A stretch of DNA of 63,068 nt, the filler included. It is 5 parts of 5 records of this genome, joined end to end, with 100 filler letters (N's around TTAATTAATTAA, not from the genome) between each part and the next. Parts side by side here need not be neighbours in the genome. Positions count along the whole stretch, not along the records: positions 56,241 to 63,068 come from DRR723986_10733; 4 more parts are not named here. One strand, 5' to 3'. The notes below the pieces were generated by a model. It searched no databases. It was not told the DNA's origin and saw only the letters and a list, made by a program, of their open reading frames with translations. This document shows positions 61,220 through 63,068 of this stretch, piece after piece. How positions within the stretch are numbered: the stretch's first letter is position 1; every line of letters begins with the position of its first letter. Both the position numbers and the translations under genes were made by a program.

Positions 61220-63068
61220 TCACGCTCCCACCGGTTCTATCTTGACCGCGCATTTCTTGAAATCAGTCTGCTTAGACAGCGGATCAGTCGCATCCAACGT
61301 GACCTTGTTGATCAGCTGCCGGGCATCAAACCAGGGGACAAAAACCAATCCTTTCGGTGGTTTGTTCCGCCCCCGCGTTTCAATCCGTGACAGGATAAAC
61401 CCCCGACGCGAACTGAGCTTGACCTCAGATCCGCGCCGCACGCCCAGCGCTGTGGCATCATCCGGGTGCATATAGACCAAGGCATCCGGGATCGCTTTGT
61501 GCAATTCAGGAACGCGCTGTGTCATCGAACCTGAATGCCAATGCTCCAACACCCGACCCGTAGACAGCCAAAACGGGTATTCCTCGTCCGGCACCTCTGG
61601 AGGGGCCTCATAAGGCAGCGCAAAAATCCGCGCCTTGCCGTCTTTGTGACCGTAAAATTCGAAATCGGCCCCGGCACTCACATAAGGGTCCGACCCTTCT
61701 TTAAATCGCCACAGGGTCTCTTTCCCGTCGACCACGGGCCACCGCAATCCGCGTTCCTCGTGATAACGGTCAAAGGGCGCAAGATCATGACCATGGCCGC
61801 GACCAAACTCAGCATATTCTTCGAACAATCCCTTTTGCACATAAAACCCATAGGCCTCGGATTCGTGGTTTTCATAATCCTCAGCGGTCTGCTCCAACGG
61901 GAACGCATCAACTTTTCCGTTTGCAAACAACACATCAAACAGGGTTTTGCCCTTAAATTCCGGCGCACTGTCCAGCAACTCAGCAGGCCAAACCTCATCC
62001 GTGGTGAACCGCTTGGAAAACTCCATCAGCTGCCACAGATCGGATTTAGACTCGCCCGGCGCGTTCACCAGCTGGTGCCAAAATTGGGTGCGGCGTTCCG
62101 CATTGCCATAAGCGCCTTCTTTCTCAACCCACATCGCGGCGGGCAGGATCAGGTCAGCGGCCTCCGCCGTCACTGTCGGATAGGCATCTGAAACCACAAT
62201 AAAGTTTTCGGGATTTCGATACCCCGGCAACCCTTCCTCCATGATGTTGGGTGCGGCCTGCATGTTGTTGTTCACCTGAACCCAATAGCAATTGATCTTC
62301 CCATCCTTGAGCTGGCGATTTTGTTCGACCGCATGGGCCCCAACCCAATCGGGCACCGTGCCCGCAGGCACTTTCCAGATCTCCTCAGCGTGGGCGCGGT
62401 GTTCGGGGTTGGTCACCACCAAATCCGCAGGCAATCGATGCGAGAATGTCCCCACTTCTCGGGCTGTCCCACAAGCCGATGGCTGCCCCGTAAGCGAGAA
62501 TGGCGAATTGCCGGGGGTCGAAATTTTGCCGGTCAGCAGGTGGATGTTGTAGATCATATTGTTGACCCAGACACCGCGGGTGTGCTGGTTCACCCCCATG
62601 GTCCACAGGGACATCACCTTGGTCTCGGGATCCGCATAAAGCGCGGCAATTTTCTCCAACGTGTCCGCCGGAACCCCCGACATCTCTTCGGCTTTTTCTA
62701 ATGTATAGGGTGCAACAAATTCGGCGAAATCCTCGAATGTCATTGGCTCGGATGCACCAGAATTCGGGTTGGCGGCCTCCATCTGCAGCGGGTTCTCATC
62801 GCGCAGACCATAGCCAATGTCAGTGGCCCCCAGCCGGAAATTGACATGCTTGGCGACAAACTCTTCGTTGACCGCCCCAGACTGGATGATGTGATTGGCG
62901 ATATAGTTCAGGATCACCATATCGGTCTGCGGCGTGAAAATCGCCGGGATATCGGCAAGATCAAAGCTGCGGTGCTTGAACGTGGACAACACAGCGACCT
63001 GCACATGCGGGTGGCTGAACCGCCGGTCCGCGATCCGCGTCCACAGGATCGGGTGCATCTCGGCCATG
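61220..63068 (-). CDS. napA: Periplasmic nitrate reductase catalytic subunit NapA (5'-truncated by window end)
   Basis: [49 protein letters not shown] and [16 protein letters not shown]. Confidence 0.97.
   Translation of the reverse strand, partial: MAEMHPILWTRIADRRFSHPHVQVAVLSTFKHRSFDLADIPAIFTPQTDMVILNYIANHIIQSGAVNEEFVAKHVNFRLGATDIGYGLRDENPLQMEAANPNSGASEPMTFEDFAEFVAPYTLEKAEEMSGVPADTLEKIAALYADPETKVMSLWTMGVNQHTRGVWVNNMIYNIHLLTGKISTPGNSPFSLTGQPSACGTAREVGTFSHRLPADLVVTNPEHRAHAEEIWKVPAGTVPDWVGAHAVEQNRQLKDGKINCYWVQVNNNMQAAPNIMEEGLPGYRNPENFIVVSDAYPTVTAEAADLILPAAMWVEKEGAYGNAERRTQFWHQLVNAPGESKSDLWQLMEFSKRFTTDEVWPAELLDSAPEFKGKTLFDVLFANGKVDAFPLEQTAEDYENHESEAYGFYVQKGLFEEYAEFGRGHGHDLAPFDRYHEERGLRWPVVDGKETLWRFKEGSDPYVSAGADFEFYGHKDGKARIFALPYEAPPEVPDEEYPFWLSTGRVLEHWHSGSMTQRVPELHKAIPDALVYMHPDDATALGVRRGSEVKLSSRRGFILSRIETRGRNKPPKGLVFVPWFDARQLINKVTLDATDPLSKQTDFKKCAVKIEPVGA

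Noticed and set aside
60067-63068. napA-napB-napC without napGH as a novelty
   Set aside because: This matches the known napEFDABC-type arrangement in alphaproteobacteria.

Overview
The window is not one locus. It is five unrelated contigs joined by four artificial 100-bp spacers (N-run, TTAATTAATTAA, N-run) at 12056-12155, 31460-31559, 37991-38090 and 56141-56240. Taxonomic labels are inferred from protein style and gene order only. (A) 1-12055, FCB-group bacterium with a T9SS: a cluster of secreted proteins with no recognisable catalytic domain. It has a 770-aa protein (two cohesin-like domains, Ig domains, C-terminal dockerin-like module), a 191-aa stand-alone copy of that module, and a ~2818-aa protein (cohesin-like tip, 28 tandem Ig domains, T9SS CTD). 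A truncated upstream frame ends in the same QVP tail. This is the best candidate for an undescribed system: an enzyme-free cohesin/dockerin-like surface scaffold on an Ig stalk whose Cys pattern implies inter-domain disulfide staples. (B) 12156-31459, Hyphomonas-like alphaproteobacterium: a TPP riboswitch with an atypical L5 insertion ahead of a hotdog-fold/DUF1801-like/thiC operon, a PadR gene with GATATATC boxes next to a flavin-dependent halogenase, rlmN, an OmpA lipoprotein, pip and the dnaK 3' end. (C) 31560-37990, Rhodobacteraceae-like: Rieske oxygenase, lytic transglycosylase, ssb, aminotransferase, PpiD-like protein, trpE. (D) 38091-56140, Burkholderiales (Limnobacter-like): tRNA-Ala fragment, NUDIX-aat-bpt-pyrD, lutAB, IclR, pbpG, HDAC, phaP, hrpA, argA, metC, decarboxylase. 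(E) 56241-63068, Rhodobacteraceae-like: arylsulfatase, small secreted proteins, ABC-transporter and IS3 remnants, a MerR/DUF2938 pair, napABC. All domain calls come from reading motifs by eye; no database searches were run.
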